64,000 nt of DNA, taken from Octopus vulgaris. Lineage: Eukaryota. The notes beneath the pieces are model-generated. The model saw only the letters and a list, made by a program, of their open reading frames with translations, ran no database searches and was not told the DNA's origin. The stretch spans positions 30,628,001-30,692,000 of the forward strand of contig OX597839.1 in assembly GCA_951406725.2 (NCBI GenBank), read 5' to 3'. Shown piece after piece: positions 13,575-25,997 of this stretch; within the stretch, counting starts at the first letter, position 1, and each line of letters opens with the position of its first letter. The position numbers and the translations under genes were made by a program.

Positions 13575-13750
13575 TTCCATATTAACTATCGATAACATTA
13601 AAACGTTTAATTTGTTTTACGGTTCTTTAGAATTAAGTTTATATATATGTATATATATATATATATATATATACATATATATAAAAACTTAATTCTAAAG
13701 AACCGTAAAACAAATTAAACGTTTTAATGTTATCGATAGTTAATATGGAA
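13575..13750. repeat. Near-perfect palindrome, 66-bp arms around a (TA)n spacer
   Basis: TTCCATATTAACTATCGATAAC...TAGAATTAAGTTT (13575-13640) is the exact reverse complement of 13685-13750. Confidence 0.95.
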
Positions 13751-13827
13751 TATATATATATATATATATATAAATATATATATATATGCACACATACATA
13801 CATAAATCCACATACATACATACACAC

Positions 13828-13878
<51 letters not shown>

Positions 13879-14239
13879 CCCATATATCATCAGCATCACC
13901 ACTGAATGCCCGTTTTCTATGCTGGATGGTTTGAGAGGAGGTGCCTAGGCCAGGGGCCGCTCCCGGTTCTATTTTCTGTTTGGATTTGGTTTCTACAGCG
14001 GGATGTCCTTCCAAACACTGACCACTTTACAGAGTGTACATGGTGCTTTTACATGGTGCCAGTACCAGTTATCCAAACATACATAGCTTCATACACATGC
14101 ATACACATACATATACATTCATATACATTTATATACATACAGACAGAACCATGCGTATATATTTACATACATATATGTATGCATGCAAATATGTACGTAT
14201 GTTCATACATGTGTACTTGACTGTGTATGTATGTAAAGG

Positions 14240-14548
14240 TGCATGGCTTTGTAGTTAGGGTATTCGGCTCGTGATCGCAGGATTGCGAGTTCGATTCCCG
14301 GCGGTGCGTTGTGCCCTTGCGCAAGACACTTTATTTCACATAGCTCCAGTCCACTCAGCTGGCAAAAATGAGTAGTACTTGTATTTCAAGAGGCCAGCCG
14401 TGTCAGACTAAATCACCCTGAGAAGTATGTGAAGGGATACGCGTGTCTGTGGAGTGCTCAGCCACTTGTACTTTAATGTCACGAGCAAGCTATTCCGTTG
14501 ATCGGATCAACTGGAACCCTCGTCGTCGTAAGCGACGGAGTGCCAGTT
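14240..14548 (+). mobile_element. tRNA-derived SINE family C
   Basis: TGGCTTTGTAGTTAGGG...GAGTTCGATTCCC (A/B boxes), GTGCCCTTGCGCAAGACACTTTATTTCAC (V-domain-like), tail GGAACCCTCGTCGTCGTAAGCGACGGAGTGCCA. Confidence 0.85.
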
Positions 14549-14952
14549 TTTAAAAAAATATATGTATGAATGTATAGAGTGCAAGGTGTGATGTACAGAA
14601 ATTGAATATTGAGAAAAAAAGTCATTAGAATATCTCTCTGACTATCTATCTATCTGTCTGTCTGTCTGTCTGTCTATATTTCTATCTATCCATCTCCATT
14701 GTCATGGAACCCCACCCCAGAAAACAAAAACAATATTCTCTGCTAAACAAAAATCCCCCCCCCCCCCAACATGTTTTATATAAACAAACAAGCTGTTTGT
14801 ACATTCACAAAATTCTATTTGACAAGTTTCGAGAAAGGAACGAAAGCGATAATAATATTGAAGAAATAAAAAAAAATGTTTCCAAAATTCTGACGACTTT
14901 TTTTCTCAATCGTATACACGGTATGTATAGACAATAGCGGATACAATACATA

Positions 14953-15750
14953 TGGCGTGGTGGTTAAGAGCACGAGCTACTAACCCCAAGATTCTGAGTT
15001 CGATTCCAGGCAATGACCAGAATAATAATAATATGATGCAGTACCAGGCAGTGGCTCTCATTGCTTCTGATCTTAACTGATTGGAAGTGTTATCATGTAC
15101 ATTGTTTTGTCTTGGTATAAAAGATGGGCTACAGCAAATATTCTGCTCAATGCCACAGATTTGCTTGTCAGTTGTTTGACCTTAACCAGTTGAGCATGTC
15201 CCTTAGTGGCTGACAATATGTGCATCTCTGATCACGAGCAGAAGTAGTGGGGGAGTATCATAGCCATGTGTTGATAGGAATTCTTTGGGATGTGAATAAT
15301 TCACCTCTGGAAACATGGGTGGTTCTTTCAACATCCTTAAACAACCCTTATTCAGGGACCTTTTGAGCGGGATGGGTTACTCGACCAGAAGAAAATTCTA
15401 ACTGGGCCCCACCTGCAAGGTCATGCGCTGTTTACCTTGATATGAGATCACCATGTCGCGCACATATGGTTGTGATGCATGTGCCTGGTGTACCCTTATC
15501 AGACGGGTAGTCATGATGGGTATATTGGGCTTCGTATATTTTACCCCAGTGTCACTTTGATGGCATGCACTGCTCTCTCACTCAATAATAATAATAGTAA
15601 TGATAATAATAATAACATCGAAAAATACCTTAGGAATGAGAACCCAGGTTCAAAATTTCCCCAACACACCTGATGAAGGTTGGAAGGTATATCAGCCGAA
15701 ACCTTGTGTTAATAAGAGACAAGATAACAAATATCCGTTAAATGTAAATA
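14953..15750 (+). mobile_element. tRNA-headed SINE-like unit with 3' hammerhead-like motif, interrupted at its (AAT)n by a ~550-bp insert
   Basis: A-box-like TGGCGTGGTGG (14953-14963), B-box GTTCGATTCC (to 15007), (AAT)n, unrelated segment 15035-15584 bounded by AAT repeats, then body with CTGATGA...GAAA at 15670-15701. Confidence 0.6.
15666..15710 (+). ncRNA. Minimal type I hammerhead-like motif
   Basis: ACAC-CTGATGA-A-GGTTG-loop-CAGCC-GAAA-CC-TT-GTGT. Stems I and II pair; stem III reads ACCT rather than the palindromic ACGT. Confidence 0.6.
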
Positions 15751-16027
15751 ATATATATACATACATACATACACTCACAATAGCGCGCGCATACAGACAG
15801 ACCCACAGATCTCGTAGAATTGAACCGATATTCAAGACCTTTCATATATTTCTACAACATTTCTTATTTTAAAATACCAACAGAGAACGAAATTGCACGT
15901 GCAACCGGGAAACTGTAACCTCTACAATCGATTCCGTATTGTATCCGTTATTTTCTATACCTACCGTGTACACGAGGAAAATATCTACTTAACATGAAAC
16001 CAATGGTAACCTTAATTCACAAATAAA

Positions 16028-16066
<39 letters not shown>

Positions 16067-16180
16067 TACCAATCACAGTTGATTCACCAGAAGTAATAAA
16101 TTTGGGGACTCGAAACAAACAAAGAGTATTCTGTAATGCATTTTCAGTTATAATGCTTGTGTGTGTGTGTAATGTATGTA

Positions 16181-16224
<44 letters not shown>

Positions 16225-16549
16225 ATTCTGTTCGGAACGTAGCAGAGTACAAAATACACCTCGTTCACCCATAAAAGTACCAAATAGCCGGTAGTATTAC
16301 GATATATTTCCATGTCTAGATTTGGGCATTCGTCGTGTGCGAAAATAAAACTGAATATAGTTCATCATATATACAGGAATTCGATTATGCAACGATTCAC
16401 CTGTATAATGGGATCTAGTTGTCATTCTTCAGCTGATATTCAGTTGCTGTCCCCGTTCGATCTGCCTTCAGGGTAAACCGTTGCATAATCAAATTCTTGC
16501 ATATATGAAGATTTTATATTGGTCGAATTAGCCTTTTCTTTTTTTTTTA

Positions 16550-16764
16550 TTGCCCACAAAGGGCTACACATAGAGGGGACAAACAAGGACAGACAAAGGG
16601 ATTAAGTCGATTACATCGACCCCAGTGCACCACTGGTATTTAATTTATCGACTCCGAAAGGATGAAAGGTAAAGTCGACCTCGGCGGAATTTGAACTCAG
16701 AACGTAACAGCGGACGAAATACTGCTAAGCATTTCGCCCGGTGTGGTAACGATTCTGCCAGTTC
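16550..16764 (-). mobile_element. SINE family A (inverted twin of the copy at 20.7 kb)
   Basis: Family A sequence on the minus strand. Confidence 0.9.
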
Positions 16765-16838
16765 TGTACGGAAACATGTCTAGTGATAAAACATATAACT
16801 GTCCAACAGAACTGCTTCTTGTTGATTCTATCTTATTC

Positions 16839-16875
<37 letters not shown>

Positions 16876-16882
<7 letters not shown>

Positions 16883-18160
16883 TATTAAAAATTAACTTCA
16901 GTCGTGCTTGCCTGGAATATTACACAACCAAACCGGCGCACAATAGGAAAATAATTTGAAAGTAAGGTGATCTTGAAATTTGAATACAATCGGGCCACTG
17001 GTTCTTGAGATAATTGTGGAGTTTTGGGGTATGAATACCCAAAACGCTACATGTTGGGAAGATAATCCGAAAATTACTTAATTCTGAAGGGAAGAAACTC
17101 TAACTTTTCGATTAGACCTATTATGATGGGCAAAAGTCTTAGCGACTTTAACTTACCAGCGAAAAAATACGAATTGTTTTTTTTACAGTAAATGTTTCTA
17201 TTTTCACTTTCGATAAACGCAATATTTTAATCATTTAGAAATATTTTTAAGAGAATCTTATTTCAAAAATGTAAGTTCTTTGTACAGTAAGTATTTGTAC
17301 TTTAGCTTTCTTTAAACAGACAATATCTTAATTTTTTAAAAAATTATTTTCAAGTGAATTCCATTACAAAAAATTTTCGACATATTTAAAAAATATTTCT
17401 AAGTGAAAACCACTTTAAAAATATGGTAAATATTTCGTAAAAGATCCGTTCGTAACCTCGGTTTTAAATTAATTTTTTTCCATGGGTTTTTTTCGAGTGC
17501 ATTCAACGTATCTCACCTCCAAAGATTTGATTGCTATTTCCAGCACGCCCTCCTACCACGTAACAGCTATTTGCAATAAAGGACCCGAAATAGCTGTTAC
17601 ATGGGAGCAGGGCGTGCAAGAAATAGCAGCCAAATCTGTCCTTTTCTGGGGATAGGAGCCGTTTACACGTGATTTCGATGTCACATTCGTTGAAAGCATG
17701 CGAAATAATCTGGAAAAGAAAAAAACCCAAGAAACAAAACTCCGTTGGTGGGATACTCAGTTTCCCGGGAAACTCCGGGGTCCCCCCCTCCCCCATTTCT
17801 TTTCCGGAAGAAAGTGGCTTGCGGTGGGTTTGGAGATGAGATACGTTGAATGCACTCGAAAAACCCGTGGAAAAAATTATTTCACACCAAAGTACGAAGA
17901 GGTCCTTTACGAAAAATCTACCCAAGATCAGGACAGGCATGCGGATAGAAGGATGGATGAGACTGAAAAAGCAAGGGCTGAGCGTCTGGCGAAACAGAGA
18001 GAAAGGGATAAAAGCAGGAGATGTCACGAATCGGATGCGCATGTGAATACAAACGGGATAAAGCAAGTTTCGCGTAAATCGGACCACGGATTCCCGAAAT
18101 ACGAGGTTTTTTTCGGGTACCTTCAACTATTGGTGACCCAACGGGTCACGGGTAGTCTAG
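16876..18160 (+). mobile_element. Non-autonomous Helitron (~1.28 kb) inserted in (TA)n
   Basis: 5' TATACTATTAAAA emerging from (TA)n, like typical Helitron starts (exact first base hidden). 3' hairpin GTGACCC-AAC-GGGTCAC then CTAG (18157-18160) followed by T. Internal ORF has an ETEKARAERL repeat-like segment. Confidence 0.8.
17523..17637. mobile_element. MITE-like hairpin nested in the Helitron
   Basis: AGATTTGATTGCTATTTC..GCACGCCCT..GTAACAGCTATTT pairs with AAATAGCTGTTAC..AGGGCGTGC..GAAATAGCAGCCAAATCT. Confidence 0.65.
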
Positions 18161-18192
<32 letters not shown>

Positions 18193-18217
18193 CATACATA
18201 GCCTGTATATATTGATT

Positions 18218-18448
18218 AAGGCGGCGAGCTGGTAGAAACGTTAGCACGCCGGGCGAATTTCGTAGCCGTATTTCGTCTGTCGTTACGTTCCGAGTTCAAA
18301 TTCCGCCGGGTCGACTTTGCCTTTCATCCTTTCGGGGTCGATAAATTAAGTACCAGTTACGAACTGGGGTCGATGTAGTCGACTTAATCCCTTTGTCTGT
18401 CCTTGTTTGTACCCTCTGTGTTTAGCCCCTTGTGGGTAGTAAAGAAAT
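18218..18448 (+). mobile_element. SINE family A, full length
   Basis: AAGGCGGCGAGCTGG...GTGGGTAGTAAAGAAA. ATATATTGATT occurs on both sides (candidate target-site duplication). Confidence 0.9.
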
Positions 18449-18718
18449 ATATATTGATTGACATAATGTTTTATGGCTACAAAATATTGTATGGTAACGC
18501 TATGTTTGAGAAGCAAACAGTGAGGTCAGTGTAAACAGCCATTGTATGGGAAGTGAAGGAATTTGAACAGGAGTGATACCGTGTAACGGAGGAAGAAGAC
18601 CTGGAGAGAGGAGGAGGGGGAGGAGAGAGAGAGAGAGAGAAAAAGGAATAGAATAGAAGCTACGTTAAAAACCCTTTACCTACATACGAGGTGGGGGAGA
18701 AACAACAAGTGAAGCGGA

Positions 18719-18749
<31 letters not shown>

Positions 18750-19204
18750 CGTGAACAGCTGGAAAGCTGAAAGGAAGAAGCAACGAGGGAAGAGGGAAGG
18801 GGAGCAAGAGTAGGGGAGAGAGAGAGAGAGAGAGAGAGAAATAGTTGATGGTGTCAGCAGCTGGTATCCAATCAATGGCACAATGAATTATATGGGGAGA
18901 GAGGTGGCGGGTGAAGGTTGTATGTATTGAATATGAAGAAGAAAAAGAGAAATAATGGTTAGTTTAATGATCAATTCTGATTAACAATTAAACAGAATTA
19001 TAATTGTTAACATTAATAATTATATGATTTAATGGTCGATTCTAGAAGACTCGTCACTCAACATTAATTGCGCCAGAGGAAAAAAATAGTTTATTTTATT
19101 TAAATAGTTTATTACCATTTATAAAAATGGGAAAACGCTAATAACTTGACCCCTAAAACTTCATTAACAGTAACCATTGTCTTCGCTTTGGCTTGTTTAA
19201 TGCA

Positions 19205-19493
19205 TATAGGCGCGGGCGTGACTGTGGGGTCAGAATTTTGCTACCCAACTACATGGTTCCAGGTTTATTCCCACTGCATGGCACCTTGGGCAAGTGTCTT
19301 CTACTACAGAACAGATCATTGTGAGTCGAATTGTTAGAAGCTGCGAGAAATCCGTATACACACGACAGACTTCTTTCAGTTTCCGTCTACACAAGGCTTT
19401 GGTTGGCCCGAGGCTCTAGTAGAAGACACTTGCCCAAGGTGCCACGCTGTGGGACTGGGCCCGGAACCATGTGGTTGGGAAGCAAGCTACTTA

Positions 19494-19500
<7 letters not shown>
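19205..19500. mobile_element. Two partial SINE B heads in opposite orientation
   Basis: Plus-strand head 19205-19330 and minus-strand head 19360-19500. Confidence 0.75.
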
Positions 19501-19538
<38 letters not shown>

Positions 19539-19589
19539 AAATATGTGTGTGTCTTTGTTTTTCTTTAGCTTACTTTTCAGATAATGTCA

Positions 19590-20112
19590 GGCATCAGGTT
19601 GACTCAGCATTGTCTTAAAAAGTGTAGCATAGAGATAGAGAGATAGCTCACTTCCTGAAAGTTGCATTATCCTTCATTGTCAAAGTTCGAAAGGAGCTGG
19701 AAGCTGCTGACAGGGATCCAACATCAGCAGCTAAATGCAAAATGCATGCAAAGGGTACTAATTCCTTCAGAACACATAACTTTGTACAAAATGCCCAAAA
19801 AATAATTTATAAAAACCCCAGACTCTCAATCAGTCATTGCAAAGGTTTCAGAATGCACCATCAGAAGAGTTGTGCATGAAGACATCAGAGACAAGTTGTA
19901 TGTGATTCAGAAGGGTCAGTTTATGCTGGACACGCAAAGTGCTTGTTAAACAAGTTCAAACATCAAGTGGCTGGGATGCTTTGGTTTTTCTCCAATAAGA
20001 AATTCCCAAGAATATTTGTACCAATTTGTTTTTAAATACAACTTTTCGTTGATGAGCTATACCCCTTTTTCTAAATTCATACAAACCTCCTCAAAAAATT
20101 GACACAACCTAT
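19590..20112 (+). mobile_element. Tc1/mariner (DD37D/maT-like) transposase remnant
   Basis: Frameshifted translation KVRKELEAAD...VSECTIRRVVHEDIRDKLYVIQKGQFM...LLNKFKH...MLWFFSNK (HTH through first-D region), then truncated. Confidence 0.65.
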
Positions 20113-20736
20113 ATATATATGGTGTTTTTGTGTGTGTGTGTGAAACAGTAAGATCCAAGGACTAAGGTGTAGGAAGTTAATGAGCTTCAACAAATCCATA
20201 GAAGATAAAAACCAACTTTCAAGAACAATAGAGGTTTATTGACGTGGAAGGTTGTGAATGTTTCCATATTGAAGTTTGATAAGCTGAAAAAAGTTAATTT
20301 TATAGTTCACGTTCAGCAACAGAGATTGTTGTAGATGCAAATAGATTGTTGTAGATTAGGAAATGAAATAGATAAAGTCCAGGCTTCATAATGTTCCAAA
20401 GCTAGCGGAAGCTCGGAAGTAGTAAACTATCCAAACGAGGGGGTGGTGGTGGTGGTAGACTGCAAGCTAGTCTTCAGGCCAAGGATACCTTGTTTATATG
20501 AAGTTTACATTGTCGTTAGGAGATTCCGTGTAAACTCGTTGGGGGATATATATGTATATATCCGTTCAGTATTAACTGTAAGCAAAAAGAGCATTTAATA
20601 CTGATAGAGATTAATGATATTTTACTTTCGTCGAGTTAGTCTCTTGTGTAGGTACGCAGGATTTTTGACTGAAGCCCCTGTATACCCTCAGATGAAACTA
20701 AGTGCAGCAAAAGCTAATTCAACCTTTTGCTGCATG

Positions 20737-20966
20737 ACGGCGAACTGGCAGAATCGTTAGCACACCGGGCGAAATGCTTAGCAGTATTTCGTCTGCTGTT
20801 ACGTTCTGAGTTCAAATTCCACCGAGGTCGACTTTACCTTTCATCCTTTCGGAGTCGATAAATTAAATACCAGTGGTGCACTGGGGTCGATGTAATCGAC
20901 TTAATCCCTTTGTCTGTCCTTGTTTGTCCCCTCTATGTGTAGCCCTTTGTGGGCAATAAAAAAATA
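20737..20966 (+). mobile_element. SINE family A, full length
   Basis: Family A head, central block and tail. Confidence 0.9.
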
Positions 20967-22245
20967 AGAAAAGGCTAATTCGACCAATATAAAATATAAA
21001 GTTCTTACGCAACTAATATTCGTCTAATTTCCCCAGTGTTTGACTCAGACAACAGATTATTGACAGAGTTAAAGAGTGCCTGGCTGAAAACTTAGCGTCG
21101 GATGGGTTCTCGATAATTAACAAGTTCCACTCCATTGGATACCATTTCAAGGTGGGTGGTCATGTAAAGACTACTTCACATTCAACTAAACTTCGTTTTG
21201 CTGGGGATTTGTGAGGTTAGGGTATCTAATGTGACTCTGGGTGGAAGTAATATAACAAGAACTTCAGGATCGCAGCATAGTTTGTATATATAACGACAGT
21301 GGTCAGCTGACAATGATAGTGGTCAGCTGATGACGGCAGTGGCCAGTTGTTGATTAACAATCTCGAGAATTAATTGCTATAAATAATATCATGTTCTTTT
21401 CACTGATTAATTTTTATTCACGCGCGTGTGTACCCCACACACGCACACATACTGCCAGCTGTTATTTCGGGTGTTCAAATTACATGTGTTCCATCTCTAG
21501 ATCTCATCAGTGTTTTCCTGTTTCAGAAAATCGCAAGTCTGAAACAGCCGTCATTTGATCTTGTCAATAAACAATGCTTTTTCAACACTTGAAAACAACT
21601 GACATCGGCAGAATAAGAGATTCAATACGAGTCTTTAAACGTCTTTTTTAATTTATTGATAACGACTTTAAAGTTTTGTCTATTGTGGGCTTTTTTTTCC
21701 ATAGTGGGATGAAAACAAGGAAGAGATCTTAAGCAGTGGAGAAGGAATCATATAAACTGGAATAGGTTAGGTTCCTGAATGATTGTAGCAGTGTATAATT
21801 TGGGGTCGTGTGTGTATGTGGAGCAGCAAAGGGGGACCTCACTTGAGCAAGCAAAGTTTTTCAGGATGTTTTTTAATATACCAAATGGTTTTATTGTTGG
21901 ATGTATACACCAGTTTTATTGTATATACACTTTTTATCGTATACATACATTGTCGAAGACTGTGTTAACAGATTCCACTTTTGGAACGTAGATAAAAAAA
22001 CTAACACAAAACCTTTCTACAGCCATGACAGAAACTTTACCAAAACTTTATCGGTTTCTTCCAGAATCTTTTTGAATTCTTCAGATGATAGCATTCGATG
22101 TTTCTCTGGTTTGTATTTCTCATGTGGTTCAATCGAATAGCAATTTTACGTGTGGGTGTGTATCGATCTGGGCGGTCATGCGTTGGAGAGGTTAATTTTG
22201 TTTGTGCGGCTTAACAGTGCCATTTGTGCATATCTGCCAGTATAT

Positions 22246-22406
22246 AGACGCAGGCGTGGCGGTGTGGTAAGAAATTTGCTTTCCAACCACATGGTTTCGG
22301 GTTCTCTCCCACTGCGTGGCACCTTGGCGAAGTGTCTTCTACTATAGCTTCAGGTCGACCAAAGACTTGTGAGTGGATTTGGTAGACAGAAACTGAAAGA
22401 AACCCG

Positions 22407-22459
<53 letters not shown>

Positions 22460-22505
22460 GGCGGTGCTCCAGCATGGCCGCAGTCAAATGACTGAAACAA
22501 GTAAA
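22246..22505 (+). mobile_element. SINE family B with internal deletion at the (CA)n
   Basis: Head, (CA)n, then directly AAGGCGGTGCTCCAGCATGGCCGCAGTC tail. Confidence 0.85.
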
Positions 22506-23074
22506 AAAATTAAGAAAAAAGATATATTAACATATTTGTCAATACCCCCACCCCCATACTCTCTCTTTCTTTCAGCATTTGTGAATTATTCCCGGAAACA
22601 TCACACGAGGAAACGGTCCCTGTTTTGAGTAAAGTTGTCTCTACTTTGTTGGCTTTTGCTACTTTTTCCAGATATTTCTAATTCTTTTCTTCCATCTCCA
22701 GTATTAAATACCTGTGACTGAGGCGTTTGTCTTTTTCCTTTTTTTTTACTCCAGCTACAAATATCTCAGCAAATTTATTTTCTCGTTCACACCTTCCCAT
22801 CTTGACGACGTTTAGGCGTCTCAGTTTATTTTTCACTTTCGTTCATTTTGCAGAAACATGGCCAATAAATAAATAATTTCTTCTAATTGCATTTCTTTCA
22901 CTTCATACGATCCCATTATATATTTGATAAGTGCGTGCGTGAGTGTGTGTGCGGGGGCGGTGGTGTTTGTCTTTTTGCCTTGAAATACCATCGACATTTG
23001 TTAAAGAATCGTTCCCAAAATTTGTTCCAAAATCCAAAACCATCCCAGAATAACGTATCTTTTATCTTTTACAT

Positions 23075-23425
23075 CTTTCAGTCATCAGGATGCGGCGATG
23101 CTGGGGCACCGCTTTGAAGGGTTTTGATAGAACAAATTGACCCCGGGACTTTCTTTTAAGATTGATACTTATTGTACCAGTTTCTTTTGCCGAACTGCTA
23201 AGTTACGGTGACGTAAACACACTAACACCGATTGTCAAGCGGTGGTAGAACACACACACACACGACGGGGATCTTTCAGTTTCCGTCTACCAATTCCACT
23301 CAAGTCTTTTGGTTGGCCCAAGGCTAGGGTAGAAGACATTTGCCCAAGGTGCCACGAAGTGGGACTGAACATAGAACCATGTCGTTGGAAAGCAAGCTTC
23401 TTACTACACAGCTACGCCTGCGCAT
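23075..23425 (-). mobile_element. SINE family B
   Basis: Same layout as 2330-2725. Confidence 0.85.
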
Positions 23426-23470
23426 GGAAAAAAATCCAGGTCCGTGGTCGGCCCTTTGGGTAAAACTGGA

Positions 23471-23530
<60 letters not shown>

Positions 23531-25091
23531 AAAGACTGAAGGTTATAGTGGTGATGCAAGTGCAACAGGAAAAAACTGTATTCAAGGGCATTGCAGTAAA
23601 ACTATTGATTCGAGTGTTTCGTAAGCTTTGAGGTGAAAATCAATCTTTTCTACATCTGAAATAATTCATCCCTGTAAACAACAGGGCTTCTGGGAATTTG
23701 GACAGTCTTTCTGCATCTGTTTGCAAAGTTTAGTTGAATTCTTGCCGAAGGACATAGTATTTAGAATGACTTTGGTATCCTATCCACCGGGAAATTTGAT
23801 TCTCAGTTTTGTAACAGTGAAGATAACCAGTGAAGTGTGTGTGTGTGTGTGTGTGTGTTTGGGGAAGGGGAATTAAGTGGTTGAAAGTACCTCACAACAG
23901 TTGTAACTAAGTTGACCACACAAACACCAAACAATATGTCCTCCCCACCTGCTCCCGTATTTGAAGGGTCCGAACAATTTCTTTTCCCTTCATAGCAATC
24001 CAAGTATACCTATCACCACGGTATAGAGTGCCTACACATCGAACCTACCCTGCAGGGTACATACATATTACAAATAATCACACGCATGCGCATACAAAGA
24101 AATACACCAAATCACACACACACACACGCGCGCGCGTGCGCTGCTTTTCTCTGATCACTTGGTAACACGTGCACAAGCAGTACCACAAAAGGGGCCACCG
24201 AAGGTTCTTCCACATCCTGTTAGTAATAGCAGTCAAAATCTCCCTCAAACCACACCCTTAAAATGATGAATGGATGCGGATTGAAACTGCTGGAACATCT
24301 TCGACCATAGGTGTGGTCAGTCTGTGGGGGAGGGGGGACTAAGCAAAATCATGATATACATACATACACACACACATATATACAAATACACATACACAAA
24401 TATACGTGAACGTATATATATATATATATATATGCGTATGCATACACCTCCATTAACACACACACACACACACACACACAATCCTGGCCCATATAGTAAC
24501 CAAGACACAAGCGCACAACTCCCTGGTCAATACATACATACTACTACTACCACCACCATCATTACCACCACTACTACTACTGCTGCTGCTGCTACTACTA
24601 CTACTGCTACTACTATACTCCAACTAACAAGGTCATACCACACCTACTACCATCATCACCGCCGCCGCCGCCGCCAGGACCCTTATCCCACTCTCCACAA
24701 CCCCCACAATCGCATCATCATCACCATCATTATCATGTTCAACACAACCAGCCAAGTTGATCACAACCCTCCCCCGAAGCTCACACATACAATATCACCA
24801 CCACCACCTCCACCAAAACAATATCATCAACAACAACAACATCAACAACAACAAAGAAAAAGATGAAAAAGGAAACGATTATGAAGTCCACAGCTTCATG
24901 AAAGTGTTGTGATGAAATCTGGCGCCTACCTGGTCTGAGGCGGTCTCTTTGATCTTGGTGTGTGTGTGTGTCAGTGTATAGATTAATGCATATGTCTGTA
25001 TGTGTATAGAAGGGACTTGTGTATATATATATATATATACGCATATATACATACGTGTGTACATATTTCGGGTGTGTGTGTATATATATGT

Positions 25092-25136
<45 letters not shown>

Positions 25137-25997
25137 AACACCAAGCACACACATATTCATGAGTTGCTGGTTGTGATCTACTTGGTTTATTATACTGATG
25201 ATGATGATGTGATTTTGATATTAATGGTGGTGGTGGTGGTGGTTGTGGTTGGCATAATGGTTTTGGTGGCGGTGGTGTTGGTTGTTACCTTGTTAGTTGG
25301 AGTGTATTTAATATTAGTGTGTATATACACGCACACATATATATTTGTATATATGTTTAAATATATTAGTACTGTTGTTTAACACCAGGACAGTCCAGAT
25401 CAGGCACACCTATAATCCTGAGCGTCCAACCATGATTAACCGAAGTGTATTTCTTTTTAAAAAGGCGGCCCATTAGCGGAGTCATCAGAGCGTTGAACAG
25501 AACCGCTCGTGGTATTTGTTGGAACTGTTGGTGTTCTAACTTCAAATCCGCCGAGGTTCAACTACATTCCTTTTCCACCCTCTTGGGGCTGATAAAAAGA
25601 TACCAATCCGGGAGAGGAGAAGGTTGACTGTTAGAGAGGAAGGTGCCTTGTGATATTTGATGTGCCTCTCTGAATTCTAACAGTGACGTCACTGGTACCG
25701 AAGAATTTTGGTCGGTGACAGTGGCCTGAGTCTTGGACAAACATTGGTGGTGGTGGTGGTGGTGGGGAGACTGGCTTGTTTGGATCAGCTGATAGTTTCC
25801 TTAAAGAAAGACAATCTTACCCCACGCCTCTTCGCGTATGTGTAGATGCATGGTTTTCAGTCACCGACGGAGACCCTGGCATCATTCGAAAGCTACAACA
25901 ATGCGAGGAATCATAGTCTGGCTGGCATATATGGCAATGCAACTACACGTGTGCTGTTGGTCGTTTCTTTTTCTTCTCTGGACTTTTCCCTTTCTCC

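Noticed and set aside
14953-15012. Possible tRNA gene (also the heads of SINE families A, B and C)
   Set aside because: A/B boxes are present, but I could not form a complete cloverleaf or find a terminator; sequences continue into repeat bodies.
21445-21520. Minus-strand CTGATGA...CGAAATAACAGCTG hammerhead candidate
   Set aside because: Stem I does not pair and the cleavage triplet is absent; at best a highly decayed relic, so not counted.
24324-24866. 180-aa ORF with poly-T/H/P/Q tracts
   Set aside because: Built from tri- and dinucleotide repeats; no domain or convincing splice context.
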